From the NCBI GenBank assembly GCA_036785375.1, contig JAWMAR010000081.1:3658001-3722000 (forward strand): 64,000 nt of DNA. Reading direction: 5' to 3'. This stretch comes from Leucoraja ocellata (taxonomy: Eukaryota). The translations under genes and the position numbers were made by a program. A model generated the notes under the pieces. The model had not been told where the DNA came from, searched no databases, and saw only the letters and a program-made list of their open reading frames with translations. Below, one piece after another: positions 23,591 to 35,661 of the stretch; within the stretch, counting starts at the first letter, position 1, and every line of letters begins with the position of its first letter.

Positions 23591-26500
23591 CTTTGTGTTC
23601 TCACAACTTCCAAGGTCACCACCTCTTTTAGAATATTACTGTACAATCCAGCTCATGTTATCCTGTGTTTTTTATCTGATACTTAATGGCATAGCAGGAC
23701 ATTTTATCAGGTAGGATCATTGCCAGCTCCTATGTGAGCAATCCCTTTGGTCCTCTCAATTTCTAACAGTGGTTTGTGTACAATCTTACCTTTAAAGATA
23801 TTCAAAATCATTATTTTTCTGGTTATCTGTTTATTCAGTATACATTATTCTTGTTATTTTCATTACCTAACAATACCTTAATTAATGCTATTGCTAAATA
23901 TACATAGGTTGTTCTGAGGAAAATAATGCTGAAAATTGTTCTCAAGGCTGGCATTATGCTACAAGTAAATTGGAATGAAACCATCTTGTTACCCTGTGAA
24001 AGTGAGGTTAGTGAAATTGTTTCAATGACTATAAAATCATTTGTATATATTGAATGCAAAAGTGGGCTTATGAATGCTGAGTGCATTTTTCCAATCTTCC
24101 GCTTTATACAATATCAAAATGGTTTTGGAAAGCAAAAGAGAATAAGAACTTTGAAAGAGAAGTTGCATCGGACACGGTGATCAAAACAAGTAAAGGGGCA
24201 AGTTAAAAGCTCAACTTGGAAGTGTGATGGGTGATCTTGATCAGAAAAGTTAACTGAAGGTAAGTTAGATGTTGGAAAGCCATGGACTCATCCAGGTCGA
24301 GTTCAAAAGTCAGAAGTCCTTATTTTTGTGGAAGCATTCATTTTGTAGGCAGTTCCACAGTGAAATAACATTGGGCGGTCCATTAAGGAAGTCAGTAGCA
24401 ATTGTGGGTGAAGGGACATTTGGAAGGTTTGTGCATTGCCTCAGATTCATCCATCATTATTGATCATGTTTCGCGTGCAGAAATCAAGGAATTACCTGAT
24501 TTAAAATATCCAGCCTCAAAACAATAGGATTTCTTCAATTTCTATACTTCCAATTTATTTGAGAGGGTATGCTAGTTTGTGCCACACCATGGAAAGGTTT
24601 GAATGCTAGTGCACTGTCTTCAGGAGCAGTTTTCAAATCACCCCTAACTCAATTCAGGATTCTAATCAAGGCCTATGTGTAAAAATATTTACACTATTCA
24701 GATGTCTTCCCTGCCACCAACAGATCCTTTTTTAAGTTGCATTTGAAATAACATTACTTGAAATAAGATTCTTCTCAAGTGAAGCTGAAAATAATTAATT
24801 TTATTTAACACAATAATTCCTAATTTGGTACAAAATCATTTTGATAATGCAGAACAAGCATTTTTTATGGGGATAAAGGAGTTTGTTCCACTATATTCAA
24901 TGGTGATGCAATTGATCCAAAATGAAACCTAATTTGAGAATGACATTCACTATAATGAACCATCTAAACATTTTTAAAACTAATTGTTCAATTTACAGCC
25001 AACATTGAACTCTACATCTTTTTCCCCCCAATTCTTTCAGATATGGCCCCTCGATGCAATAGGCTTGGTTTTGGATTAGGTTATGGAGAGAGGTGACTCG
25101 TTTCTCTTCACTCTCCAGTAACACCTTGCCCCTGAGGGCCTTGAGTTTGGAACACCGGTGGATGAGAATGTGACACAATATGTTATTGCACTGTCATTGC
25201 ATATACCTGGATTGATCTATTGATAAAAGAAGTAGTAATAAGATTGAAAAATTCACTGCAGCTGATTCTACAAAATCGTGGAGACACAAGAAATTGCAAA
25301 TGTTGGAATCTTGAGCAAAACATAAAGTGCCTGACCTACTTTCACATCTTTAGATTGTTTTTGTTTTGTTTCCTATTTTGATGTAGCTTTGCAGTTCATA
25401 TTTAAATTTGAACAAGCAGAAGTAAAGCATACTATTTTTTGATGAGCCTGACGTTTTATTCATGGCCAATTGATATTAAACTATAGTTACTTAACAATCA
25501 TTATAGGTTCAGGAAGCCTTGAAGAAAAATTATTTTTTAATTTTGTTAATGTGATGACATTTTTAAACCTTATAAAATGATCACATAACGTTTTTTTCCT
25601 TTTATTTCAAGTTATCTTTAAAATTAAAATGGTCTCCAGCCAGTTTTGAATATCCAGTGTTGGAGGTTGTTTTGTACATTGTTGGAATTAAGCCCATCAC
25701 ATGATGCACGTGATTATCTAGTTTTATTTAGAAACTTTACTGGTGGAGTACCACCAGGTCCTTTCCCAGTGGAGGAAAAGTGAACTAGGCTAAAAGGGAC
25801 AAAAAAAACTATGCTAGTTACAAGGCTATGGAGAGCATGAAAAAGCATATTGATTGATTTGGGATTGCTACAGCAACAAGTTAACACAAATACAATATGC
25901 AAAAGTGCATTCCCAGGTTCTAGAAAGAAATGTGCACTTCCCACTACATGAAAGAATATCAGCATTATACCTCATTTAAAGAAAGTTTAACACTATTAGA
26001 TTCTTCATTTTCCTGCTCCTCAGAAAAGATAATTCATAAATGTTTTATATTAATTAAGGTTCATTTTATTTTCAACAGCACCCCAGTCATTCTGGTTCCA
26101 AATGCTTTGCTGAAGTGTTGGATCACCAAACCTTATAATCCAGTACCTGGAAGACTCTCAATAAATCCCCACCCTCCCCAAGGTGAAGTAGACCATAGAT
26201 TTGTTCATAATTGATCATATTTTATTGATTAGAAATCTTTTGATCCCTTTTTCCCTCTCTCACAGACAGACAGGGCTACATTGTTCAAGCATGTTTTCTT
26301 AAGCAATTGTTTTTTTTGTGAATTTGCTCTTATAAAGAGGCATGATTTGTTTCTGGGACATTGAACATTTTCCATGTTGCACCCAGTAACACTATCAAGT
26401 ACACTTGGTTTAGTTATAATATATAACAAATGCTAAGCACACTCCTTACATTAATCTGAAAACTTATTTCGATTTTCGATTTTGGCCAAATGGATTATGT

Positions 26501-26921
26501 AGCATTCAGAGCTTACTACGTGCATTCTATCTGTTTCTTTACAATTTTGACATTGATTGGAAGATTAGTTTCAATTGTACAAAGTAACTCTCCTTTGGAA
26601 TATAGTCCATTAAGACCCGCGCGGATGTTCTTGGAATCTTACACGCAAGACTTATGAACTTAAGGAACAAGGAAACTTATCTGGAGATGACCGCTGGCTC
26701 TCAAAGTACTATTGTGTCTTCAGGCCCTTAATGTGCAATTATAACGTGTAAAGCAGATGCAGTCTACTCTTTCTTTGGATATAACTAACAGTAGCCTTCC
26801 AGTAAAGAAAGACAGTTAATCATTCAGCAAATTTCAGGCGAGGCCTTTTGTGGTAAAAGTGTAACTTCCATTGAATAAGAAAAGTTGTATTTTAAAAGCT
26901 TTACACGTGTACATTTTGTTT

Positions 26922-28855
26922 TTACATTGGATACAGTAAAAATCCAGCGAAAGAGGAATGCACATATGGGCCGGAATAAAGTCCTGCTGCTTGTTCAGAT
27001 GGGAGTTGGATCCAGACTCTGTCTCCATGCATTAGTTCGAGAACTGAGCTTCCAGAAGCCTGATCGAGAATCCCTTTCTTGTATTCGTCGTAAGTATACA
27101 TTTGTGGCTCATTATTTTTATATAATGCCACCCATACGTTAGCACCTTTACAATGAATGTGATATGAAAAGTAATAAATTCCTGGTATTTCACACGTAAA
27201 AACACCAGTTTGTGGATTGTAACTTTGTCTGCCGTTGTACAGGATTTTATCAAACTTGACAGGAGATCCCACTGGTGGAAAAGGTATTGTAAGTTTGGCT
27301 GTGAACGCAGGCATCTCCAGCTTAAGTCCCATGGGTTTCCCTTTTTTACTCGGTTGACCAATGTATCCTTGTGGTGTCATTACACCGTCGATTCCTGGAC
27401 CCATCTCTGGAAGTTGAAACTGTTGAATTTCTGGTTGAACTGATGGTGGGCCTGGAGGGCCAGGTGGTCCGGGAATGCCAGGTGGCCCTGTTATTCCATA
27501 ATGACCTTCTGGGCCAGGTTTTCCTGTTGGTCCTACAAGTCCTGGAACTCCGGGTTTTCCTATTCCAGGTAACCCAGGAGGTCCTGGTATTCCTCTATCT
27601 CCTTTTGGTCCCGATGGACCTGGAGGACCTATTGGACCTCCTGGACCAGCAATCCCAGGTATTCCAGCAGGACCTTGGTTACCTTTCTCCCCATGAAACC
27701 CAGGTTCTCCTTTTAATCCTGGTGCTCCTAGCAATCCAGGTAAACCAGTTGGACCAACATGTCCTTGCCCTCCTTTTGGTCCAATTGGTCCAGGCATACC
27801 CCTTTGCCCTGGTTGTCCATCTTCACCAGGATATCCTGATGCACCTGGCATTCCCTGGAGACCAATTTCCCCTTTCAGGCCTTGAGGACCTTGAGGGCCA
27901 GGTGGCCCATGTTCTCCCTTCAGTCCTGGGAAACCCAAACCACCTTGTGGTCCAATTTGTCCTGGAAGTCCAGGTAATCCCATTTCACCTGGTTGACCAG
28001 GAATTCCAGGGGCACCAACAGGTCCAGGTTCCCCTTTTGGTCCCTGTGTTCCTGGAGGTCCACTGTGACCACGTTCACCCTTTAGCCCAGGAAACCCTGG
28101 TTTTGTTACCCCTGGCATCCCCGGAGGCCCTGGTATGCCCGGGAGCCCTTTATCACCTTTACCCCCAGGGAATCCATGTTGACCAGGAATTCCATCTAAA
28201 CCTGGCTTCCCCACACCTGGCTTTCCAGGTGGTCCTTGAATGCCCTGTTGTCCTGGAAAACCTTGAGGTCCTGGCTCACCTGGGAATCCTGTTTTTCCGG
28301 GTCCTCCTGGAGCCCCTGGGAGACCATTTAAACCCGACTTTGAAATACCGGGCAGTCCTGCGGGACCTGGCTGCCCAGGTACCCCTGGTGGGCCCTTCAA
28401 TCCTGGTAAACCAGGCACACCAATTCCTTGTTGCCCCTTGGATCCTATTGGTCCTGGCATTCCTGGCATTCCTCTCTGTCCAGGTTCTCCTCGTGTTCCT
28501 TGTTTTCCCGGTAATCCTGATCTACCTGGCTTTCCTAATCCAGGAAGACCTGAAGGACCTCGTGCCCCTTGTGGTCCTGGTGGTCCCATGGACCCATGAT
28601 CTCCCTTTGGTCCCATGTCACCCTTGTGGCCTGGCAACCCCATTCTTCCTGGTTTACCTGCTATTCCTGGCATCCCAGGCTTCCCAACACTTGGAAGACC
28701 TGGTTGGCCTGGATGACCTGGTGTTCCTGCTGGTCCTTGAATCCCCCGACCTGGTATTCCTGGAGGCCCAGGTGGCCCCATTGGCCCTCTTGCGCCAGGC
28801 TCTCCGTCTGGACCTTTCTCACCTTTCATTGCACTCGGATATGTTGGTATCAGTT
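26922..28855 (-). CDS. COL8A1: Collagen alpha-1(VIII) chain, last exon (triple helix plus C1q/NC1 domain)
   Basis: Long Gly-X-Y run with 8 interruptions, then a C1q domain (AFTAKL...[13 protein letters not shown]...YTYDEYKKG...DQASGS...[12 protein letters not shown]). The LLYPM ending is COL8A1-type. Acceptor ttcttctgtag, phase 1. Confidence 0.95.
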
Positions 28856-30699
28856 CTACAGAAGAAAAATTATTAATGTAGATAATCAAAATGTACATCA
28901 TTTAAATGTAATTGACTTCAACCATGTTGTTCATAGATTTGAATTTAAATATTGACTTTCTTGCTCGCGTTTATGTTCAGGCAAGACATTGTAAAATGAC
29001 AATCGGAAATCATTAATTTAAATTGCATTATTTAAAATTAAAAAACAGCAATTTGCATTGGTAGCGTATAACTACAATAAGAGGATTGACTTTGAAATGG
29101 TGTTGGAAAACCATGTGGGGTAGCAACCATTCTGTCCTGGTCCCTTGACGGCAAAACATGGTAGAGGCAAACAATTGAATAGAAATGGCAATGTGTGAAA
29201 TAGTGGAAAGAAGAGACAGACAGAGAGGCAGACAGAGAGGCAGGCACAGAGACAGAGACCTGCACATATAATGTATGTCATTACAGTGTGGTCTATCGCA
29301 TTGGAAATGTAGTGTGGAATAAATGTTGTAATGTAACCACACACCTGTTTTACACTTTATTTTCTATAAATTTCAATCTGCTTCACAGTTTAGTGCTGAA
29401 GTACATTTTTAATATAGTCCAGTGTAACAGATTGTGAAGAGAAACCATGTTCTTGTGCATAATACAGGCTGACTTTTCCTGTGCTTTTATCTTTCAAATC
29501 ACTCTTTTTCAACTGTGATGGATTAACTTTTGATGGATTATGATGTCATATTCTTCTGAACTCAGAATTCAAATGATTTAATTTTGTAGTACAGATATAA
29601 AGATTTAAATACCCCTCTGCACTGCTCAGTGAACTGTTTGGAAACTTCCCAGAGTCCTGTCAACCAATGCTACTTCGATATTACTTGATGACATCATATC
29701 TGTCACTTGTGAGACATCGGTTCAAATAAGCTACCTCGTTTATTCATTACCTACAAATGCAGGTTGTTGATTATGTGAATTATTAGGCTGTTCTGGGAAT
29801 ACGAAAGGGGGCCTAAATAACTATCTGTTGTAAAAGATTAACAAGATACTGTACAACAGCTCATCGTTAAGCAGTTCAAATCCTACACTCACTAGGTGCC
29901 CTTTCTTGGTAGTTGAATGATGACCAGGATCCTGTCTGCTTCTTCTGGCTGAGGTTAAATTTAATGCCTTTTAATCTTATCCCTGCTGAGACTAGCCAAT
30001 TTGTTGCAGAATGGAACTTTCATAACTCGTATCTTGCTGTGGAATTTTTATTTTTTATTTTTGGTCTTTTACCCTTTTAGCCTTTCTATTGTTCTCAAGA
30101 ATTTGCTTCTTGACGAGCTTTCAAAATAAGTGGTTGTTCCCAGCTTTAATTATTTGCTGAAGGTATTTTGCAGCCAACAATGCATAGCACAAACACTTGT
30201 TCCATTGAATGTGGTTTTGGCTAACTGCTGGTCACAACTTATCAATTTTCAGTTCTAAAGACTTTGCAACCCTTGCTTAATCTTTAATCTTTAATTAACT
30301 GTTAGCATTAGCTGGAAGGCAAATACTATGAATGATACTAGACCCAGAATGACTAATTTGATAGCAAGCAATATAGGTGTTACAAATCTGTTGCCCTAAG
30401 AATTATTTCCTAACATACAAACTACAATCTCAAATCATACATTCCCAGACATTGCTATTACTGATGATTTTCAAGTTTCACCTTGTATTCATGGTCTGCT
30501 ATTGTGCAATATTAAAATGGTTGAAAGTAGGAAAACTATTATTTCGTAAATCTTTTTTTTTTTTTTCCTTTAAATATTATGGAGACAGAAAAGATTTAGT
30601 CATCCATTGATGGAATTTTTGCATCCTGGGTCAATGGGTCTAGAAAGTCACTCAACGGTTAGTTTGCTTATTGCAATTGAAAATGCACCTCAAAAAATT

Positions 30700-31451
30700 A
30701 ATAGTCATAATTTATTAGCCAAGTATGTTCTGCAACATACAAGGAATTTAATTTGCCATAGTCATGCTAATCAAAAGCAACAGAACATAAAAAATATATT
30801 ATAACATAACCATCCACCACAGTGACTCCTCCACATTCCTCACTCTGATGGAAGCCGAAAAAAGTTAAATCTCTTTCCTTCTTTGTCCTCCAGCGGTCGG
30901 GGGCCTCGAACCTTCCGTTGACAGGATGATCTTACACACGTAGCTGGCGACGTGCCTCCTTCTTGGGGCAATCAAGCTCCTGCATCGGGGGGGGGGAATC
31001 TCAGCTCCCCCACGCCGGGCGATCTACCTCGGGTCGGGGCTTGTCGAACATCATGCAGTTTTTGACTTCCCGACGTCGGTCTCTCCCGAGAATGTGAGCC
31101 CTTGATGTTATAATCCGCAGGCTACAGTTAGAGCATCGATCCCAGGCAAGGGATCGGCTCCAATGGTAAGTTCACGCCCTGCGGTGGGGCTCAAAGTAAG
31201 TCCCTAGCAAGGCCGCCAGCTCCACAATGTTAGGCCGCAGAGCGACTGGAGATACAACCCGTAAAACAATCGCATCTCCGACAAGGTAAAAGATTGAAAA
31301 AAAGTTTCCCCAATCCCCCCTGCCCACCTCCCACATAAAACAATCCGGAGAACATTAACACAAACTTTTTAAACACACTAATAATAACAAAAAAAAAGAC
31401 AAAGGACAGACGGACTGTAGGCGAGGCTGCCATCGAAGCGCCACCCGGTGG
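30700..31451 (-). mobile_element. GC-rich non-autonomous retroposon in the COL8A1 intron
   Basis: Shares ccaccacagtga-tcctccacattcctcact, ggccgccagctccacaatgttaggccgcag and the 5' ggtggcgc terminus with 5655-6360. Confidence 0.7.
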
Positions 31452-31569
31452 TTCAAAATATATTAGCAATTGTTTCTGGACCATTTCAAATTATTGACTT
31501 CACCTCTTATTTATTTAGTGATGGTGTGAATTTTGATGATCCAGTATGAATGCTGAATCATTTCAACTG

Positions 31570-31780
31570 CAGATAGACTCATATAGCATGGAAACAGGCC
31601 CTTTGCTCAACTTGCCCGCAGTGACCAACATGTCCCATCTACAATAGTTCCACCTGCCAGTATTAGGCCATATCCCTCTAAACCTATCAAATCCATGTAC
31701 CAGTCTAATTGTTTCTTAAACATTGTGATAGTATCTGCCTCAACTACCTCCTCTAGCAGTTTGTTCCATGCACCATTCCT
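31570..31780 (-). mobile_element. CR1 3' end fragment
   Basis: GAWNKLLEEVVEADTITMFKKQLD plus the CR1 3' UTR. Confidence 0.8.
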
Positions 31781-32129
31781 CAGGCCACCTGCCCAACCGA
31801 TCAAAATCATGCTGCAAATTTTGACAAAGAAGGGCAGGATCATTATAAATTATACTAGCACATTACAACCTCAATGTAGGCTACATTTACTTTTATGAAG
31901 ATGGTGATCTATTCAAACATTTAAAAGACACAATGATGACTACATCAAAGATGTATTTAACATTCTTTGGAGCACTTGTTCATTAGGCGCGAATATATCT
32001 TTGACTCATGAATTAAAAACCAAAGTGCTTCCATGCTTTTAATTGATGAGCTACTACAGATATTATTGATATTTCCACGAGCAACTTCATGGTTTTAATC
32101 ACATTCAAAATCACTGCTGCATATTTACC

Positions 32130-32985
32130 TCCAGTGGGTCCCTATCACAAGGGAGGCCTGGTCCCCCAACGCAACCCGTTTCCCCAACGCAATATTCCAC
32201 CACTCACCCATAGCCCCCAACTGTGCAGGTGCGGCTCAATTCCCCTCATCCCCAGCACTCTCTTCCCTTCCTCTTCACCCTCCCTCTTTCCCCTCTCCCC
32301 CTCCCCAATCCCTCCCCCTCCTTCTCCCTTCCCTGCCCTACGTCACTCCATCCCTCCATAACCCCTCTCCCCTCCCTACCTCCCTCCTATCCCTCCATCC
32401 CCCACTCCCTTCCTCTCCCTCCATTCCCCACCCTCTCCCACTCTCCCTCCCACTTCCTCCCCAGTCTCCCGCCTCGCCTCCCCCACTTTCCCCTCCCTCT
32501 CCCTCAATCCCCCCACTCTCCCTCCTCATCTCCCGAGGGTGCCGCTCCTCTCCCTTCGTGCGTGGCCCGTTGGCGCCCTCATAGTCAGGCCTCGGGATCC
32601 CTGGCAGGAAGGCCGCTACGGTAGGGAGGCGGACCGCGCCGGTAGCAAGGTGGGCGCAGGCAGGAAGGCGGGCCATGGCCTGTGTCTGACAGCGGAGGCG
32701 GCCAATCAGTGCAGCGATGGTGCAGGAAGGGGTGTTGCCGTCCCGGCCGTGACTGACAGGAAAGGAGACCAATCCTCAAATGCATGGTTTTTAAGATTTT
32801 TAAACCCTAATAACTTTTAATATATACCACCGATCGGAACAAAATTTGATGCGTTTGCAGCACAGGACAACGTTGAGTAAGGTGGCAAAAAAGAAATTGT
32901 GGCACTATCGCGTACTGTTTGTGCGCGAATGTGAAAACAATGCAAACCGGAAGATAACAAGATGAGAGTTTTAGTTATGTATAGA
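32130..32985 (-). mobile_element. Probable non-autonomous Helitron-like element, 3' end missing
   Basis: On -, begins A|TCTATACATAACTAAAAC (5'-TC after A). CpG-rich interior and a 280-nt pyrimidine tract. No terminal CTAG seen. Confidence 0.45.
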
Positions 32986-33609
32986 TGGATTTAATTTTAT
33001 TTTTACTAGCGTGCTCAAGGAAAAGGGTAACAATAAAATGGAGAAAAAGGATTAGTAAAGGTTAAGAATGTTTAAAAATTACTAACATTTAAGTAACATT
33101 ATATAAATTTAACAGTAAGATAACTGATTTAAGTACCACACAAACTATCCCCATGAAATCAAGGTCCAAAAGGAGATATAGCAGGAGATGCGAGATCTGC
33201 TTTTCACAACATAATCTTGAGGAATCTCAGCCACACTGACCTCTTGTGCTGAAGTTCACATGCCCAGCAGGACTGCAAACAGAAGTAGGCTTCTGAATCT
33301 GTCAGCTGCCACTGATTTCCCCATTTAAAAGGACTTACGCAGATGTTCAAGACTTTGTGGTTTTAACTGTTGAACACTGGTAGTACTAATTAATACCATC
33401 AGCAAGATCCCATCTGTTAAAATGTAACCCAGCCAAGAATGATTTCCATTAATTTAGGTCTAAACATTATGTCTACAATATAGCTCTATAGTTATGGATA
33501 AAGAAAGGGCTGGTCCACAAGTTAAAGTTCTGAATCAGGGCAAGCCCAACTTTGATGGTATTTGCAAAGGTTTATTAAATCAGGTTGTTTGGGAGCAAAG
33601 AGACTTCCA

Positions 33610-33705
33610 GAAAGAAGGGTCTCGACCCGAAACGTCACCCATTCCTTCACTCCATAGATGCTGCCTCGCCCACTAAGTTTCTCCCGCATTTTTGTCTACC
33701 TCCAG
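33610..33705 (+). mobile_element. pLTR fragment with partial hammerhead core
   Basis: aagaagggtctcgacccgaaacgtcacc: stem II and GAAA-CGUC are intact, CUGA is missing. Confidence 0.7.
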
Positions 33706-34789
33706 AAATTGAGATGTTTTTAAGAGTGTGATGGTGAGAGTTCAAAGTTTGCATGTTCTTGTTAAAGTGATGGGTAAGGAAGGTGGGAAAAAAGAAGTCT
33801 GGATGTTGAGAAATTAAGTTCCTTGTCAGGTAAAATGAGGTGGGATAGACTAGGTATATGCAACTGGGATCAAATGCGTATCTGGGGGAGTTTAGGAGAC
33901 TGGGGAGCATACATAAGAAGAACATTAGTAAGGTAAAAATGGGGGAAGAAATAACTTTGGCAGATAAGGTTAAGAAGAATTCAAAGATTTTATAATTACA
34001 TTGAGGCTTACTAGAAAGAGAAAAAATAGGGCCCAAGTAATTAATGTGATGAGCCATAAGAGATGAGCAAGGTCTTCAATTAATATTTCTCCTGTTTTCA
34101 CTGTAGAGAAAGACTTGAAGACTGGGGAACTTGGGACAGTTAATGCAGATAGAAATTAATAACATCACAAAGTGCGATAATAAAATTTAGCTTTGTATTA
34201 CATCAAAGGTTAAAATTTAACTATAGAAAATACAAAAGGAATGTAAAATAGATTATCATTAATGAGAAATAAAGCAAACTATTTACAGAAATGGAAGAAT
34301 AAAAGTCAAAGAATAGAACTAGAAGAATGTATTTGTGAAAGTATGACTCACTGTAATTAATTATTTTAGAAGAGTTTTTATAAATGTGTGGCCTGCAGAA
34401 AAGGGACGTGTCCAATATAATCAGCTTAAAATTGGCCTCTTCCACATCGGAAAATATGAAATACATATATTGTGACAGTTTTGCAGAATACTTTCATACA
34501 GTCTCTAAGGGTAACCCTGAACTTTCGGTATGCCAACCACATTATTTCTGCATCCTACTGGCCTGTCTTTAACTCTTCCACTGAAGCCTGAAGCAAACAC
34601 AAGAAACAGCATCTCATTTTGTCAGGGCACGTTGCAGCTCTTTGATTTCAATATTGAATTCTACAATTTCAAATAATGTATTTTCTGTCTGTGTAAAAAC
34701 TGGCCAGCTTCAGTTTTATCTCTCCACAGATACTGGCAGTTCTGAGTTTTTCCAGGATTCTATTTTTTCCATATTTCCACCAACTGTAT

Positions 34790-34995
34790 GTGTTCTGTTC
34801 TCACCCTGTGACCTAAGTGAGTTTTCTCTGAGATCTTCGGTTTCCTCCCACACTCCTAAGACGTGCACGTTTGTAGGTTAACTGGCTTGGTAAAAATTGT
34901 CCCCAGTGGGTGTAAGATGGTGGTAATATGCGGGGATCTCTGTTCGGCGTGGGCCGAAGGGCCTGTTTCCATGCTGTATCTCTAAACTAAACCTG
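34790..34995 (+). mobile_element. HE1/V-SINE 3' part
   Basis: V-domain plus gggccgaagggcctgtttccatgctgtatctctaaactaaac tail. Confidence 0.8.
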
Positions 34996-35215
34996 AAATG
35001 TTGACTCTTCCTCCCTCCACAGATGCTGCCTGATGAGCTGAGTACTTCTAACACGGTCTGTTACTAGTTTTATTAACAACTGCATTTTTGCTGTTAACAT
35101 TACCTTCTGTCTTTACAGTAAATCAGTGACTGAATCCGGAGTTTCTTACTGCCTGTCACACACAAAAGAAAAAATCATAATATAACTTTAATCCTCAATT
35201 TATTACAGATCTTAC

Positions 35216-35522
35216 CTTTTGGTTCCTTTTGAGGCATCACATTTTTCCCAAATACATGCATTTGTGGAATGTCTTTCCCATAGTGAGAGCTATATGGATG
35301 GTCCTTTCCATAAACTGGAAAGTGTGGCACCTCCTTGCCCCTGTGTTGCATATGAGGTCCTTCTTTGCCAACTCGTACCATGTGTGGGACTTGGAGCTGC
35401 ATTTGTGGCATCTGCTGTGGACCCTGCTTCATCGGATAGTAACCACCTCCATGAACGGTTCCAGCAACGAACAAATGGACAGTCATTGTCAGAAACTGGA
35501 TGGAGAGGAAAGGCACAGCCAT
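35216..35522 (-). CDS. COL8A1: COL8A1 first coding exon (signal peptide plus NC2)
   Basis: Acceptor tttcag 3 nt before the ATG. MAVPFLSIQFLTMTVHLFVAGTVHGGGYYPMKQ... with GK(E/D)xP repeats. Donor AAG|gtaaga is phase 1 and joins the last exon in frame, giving 746 aa. Confidence 0.93.
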
Positions 35523-35661
35523 GATCTGAAACAAAGCATATCAGAAAAAGCGTTTTACTTTTTTTTTTAAACGGTTGTTGTATCTCTTCATCTTTGTCAT
35601 GGTGGATACGGATATGACGGAAACTCAAAATTACATAGTGAGAACTTATCTCCCCTATCTC

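Noticed and set aside
27371-28876. 501-aa + strand ORF overlapping COL8A1
   Set aside because: It is an antisense shadow of Gly/Pro codon periodicity, with a low-complexity L/V/Q product and no domain features.
28856-28901. ORF-track start [15 protein letters not shown] for the 659-aa collagen ORF
   Set aside because: This is intron polypyrimidine tract. The real N-terminus comes from the exon at 35522-35216.
32530-32770. CpG island with CCAAT box as the COL8A1 promoter
   Set aside because: It lies downstream of the start-codon exon and inside a probable mobile element.
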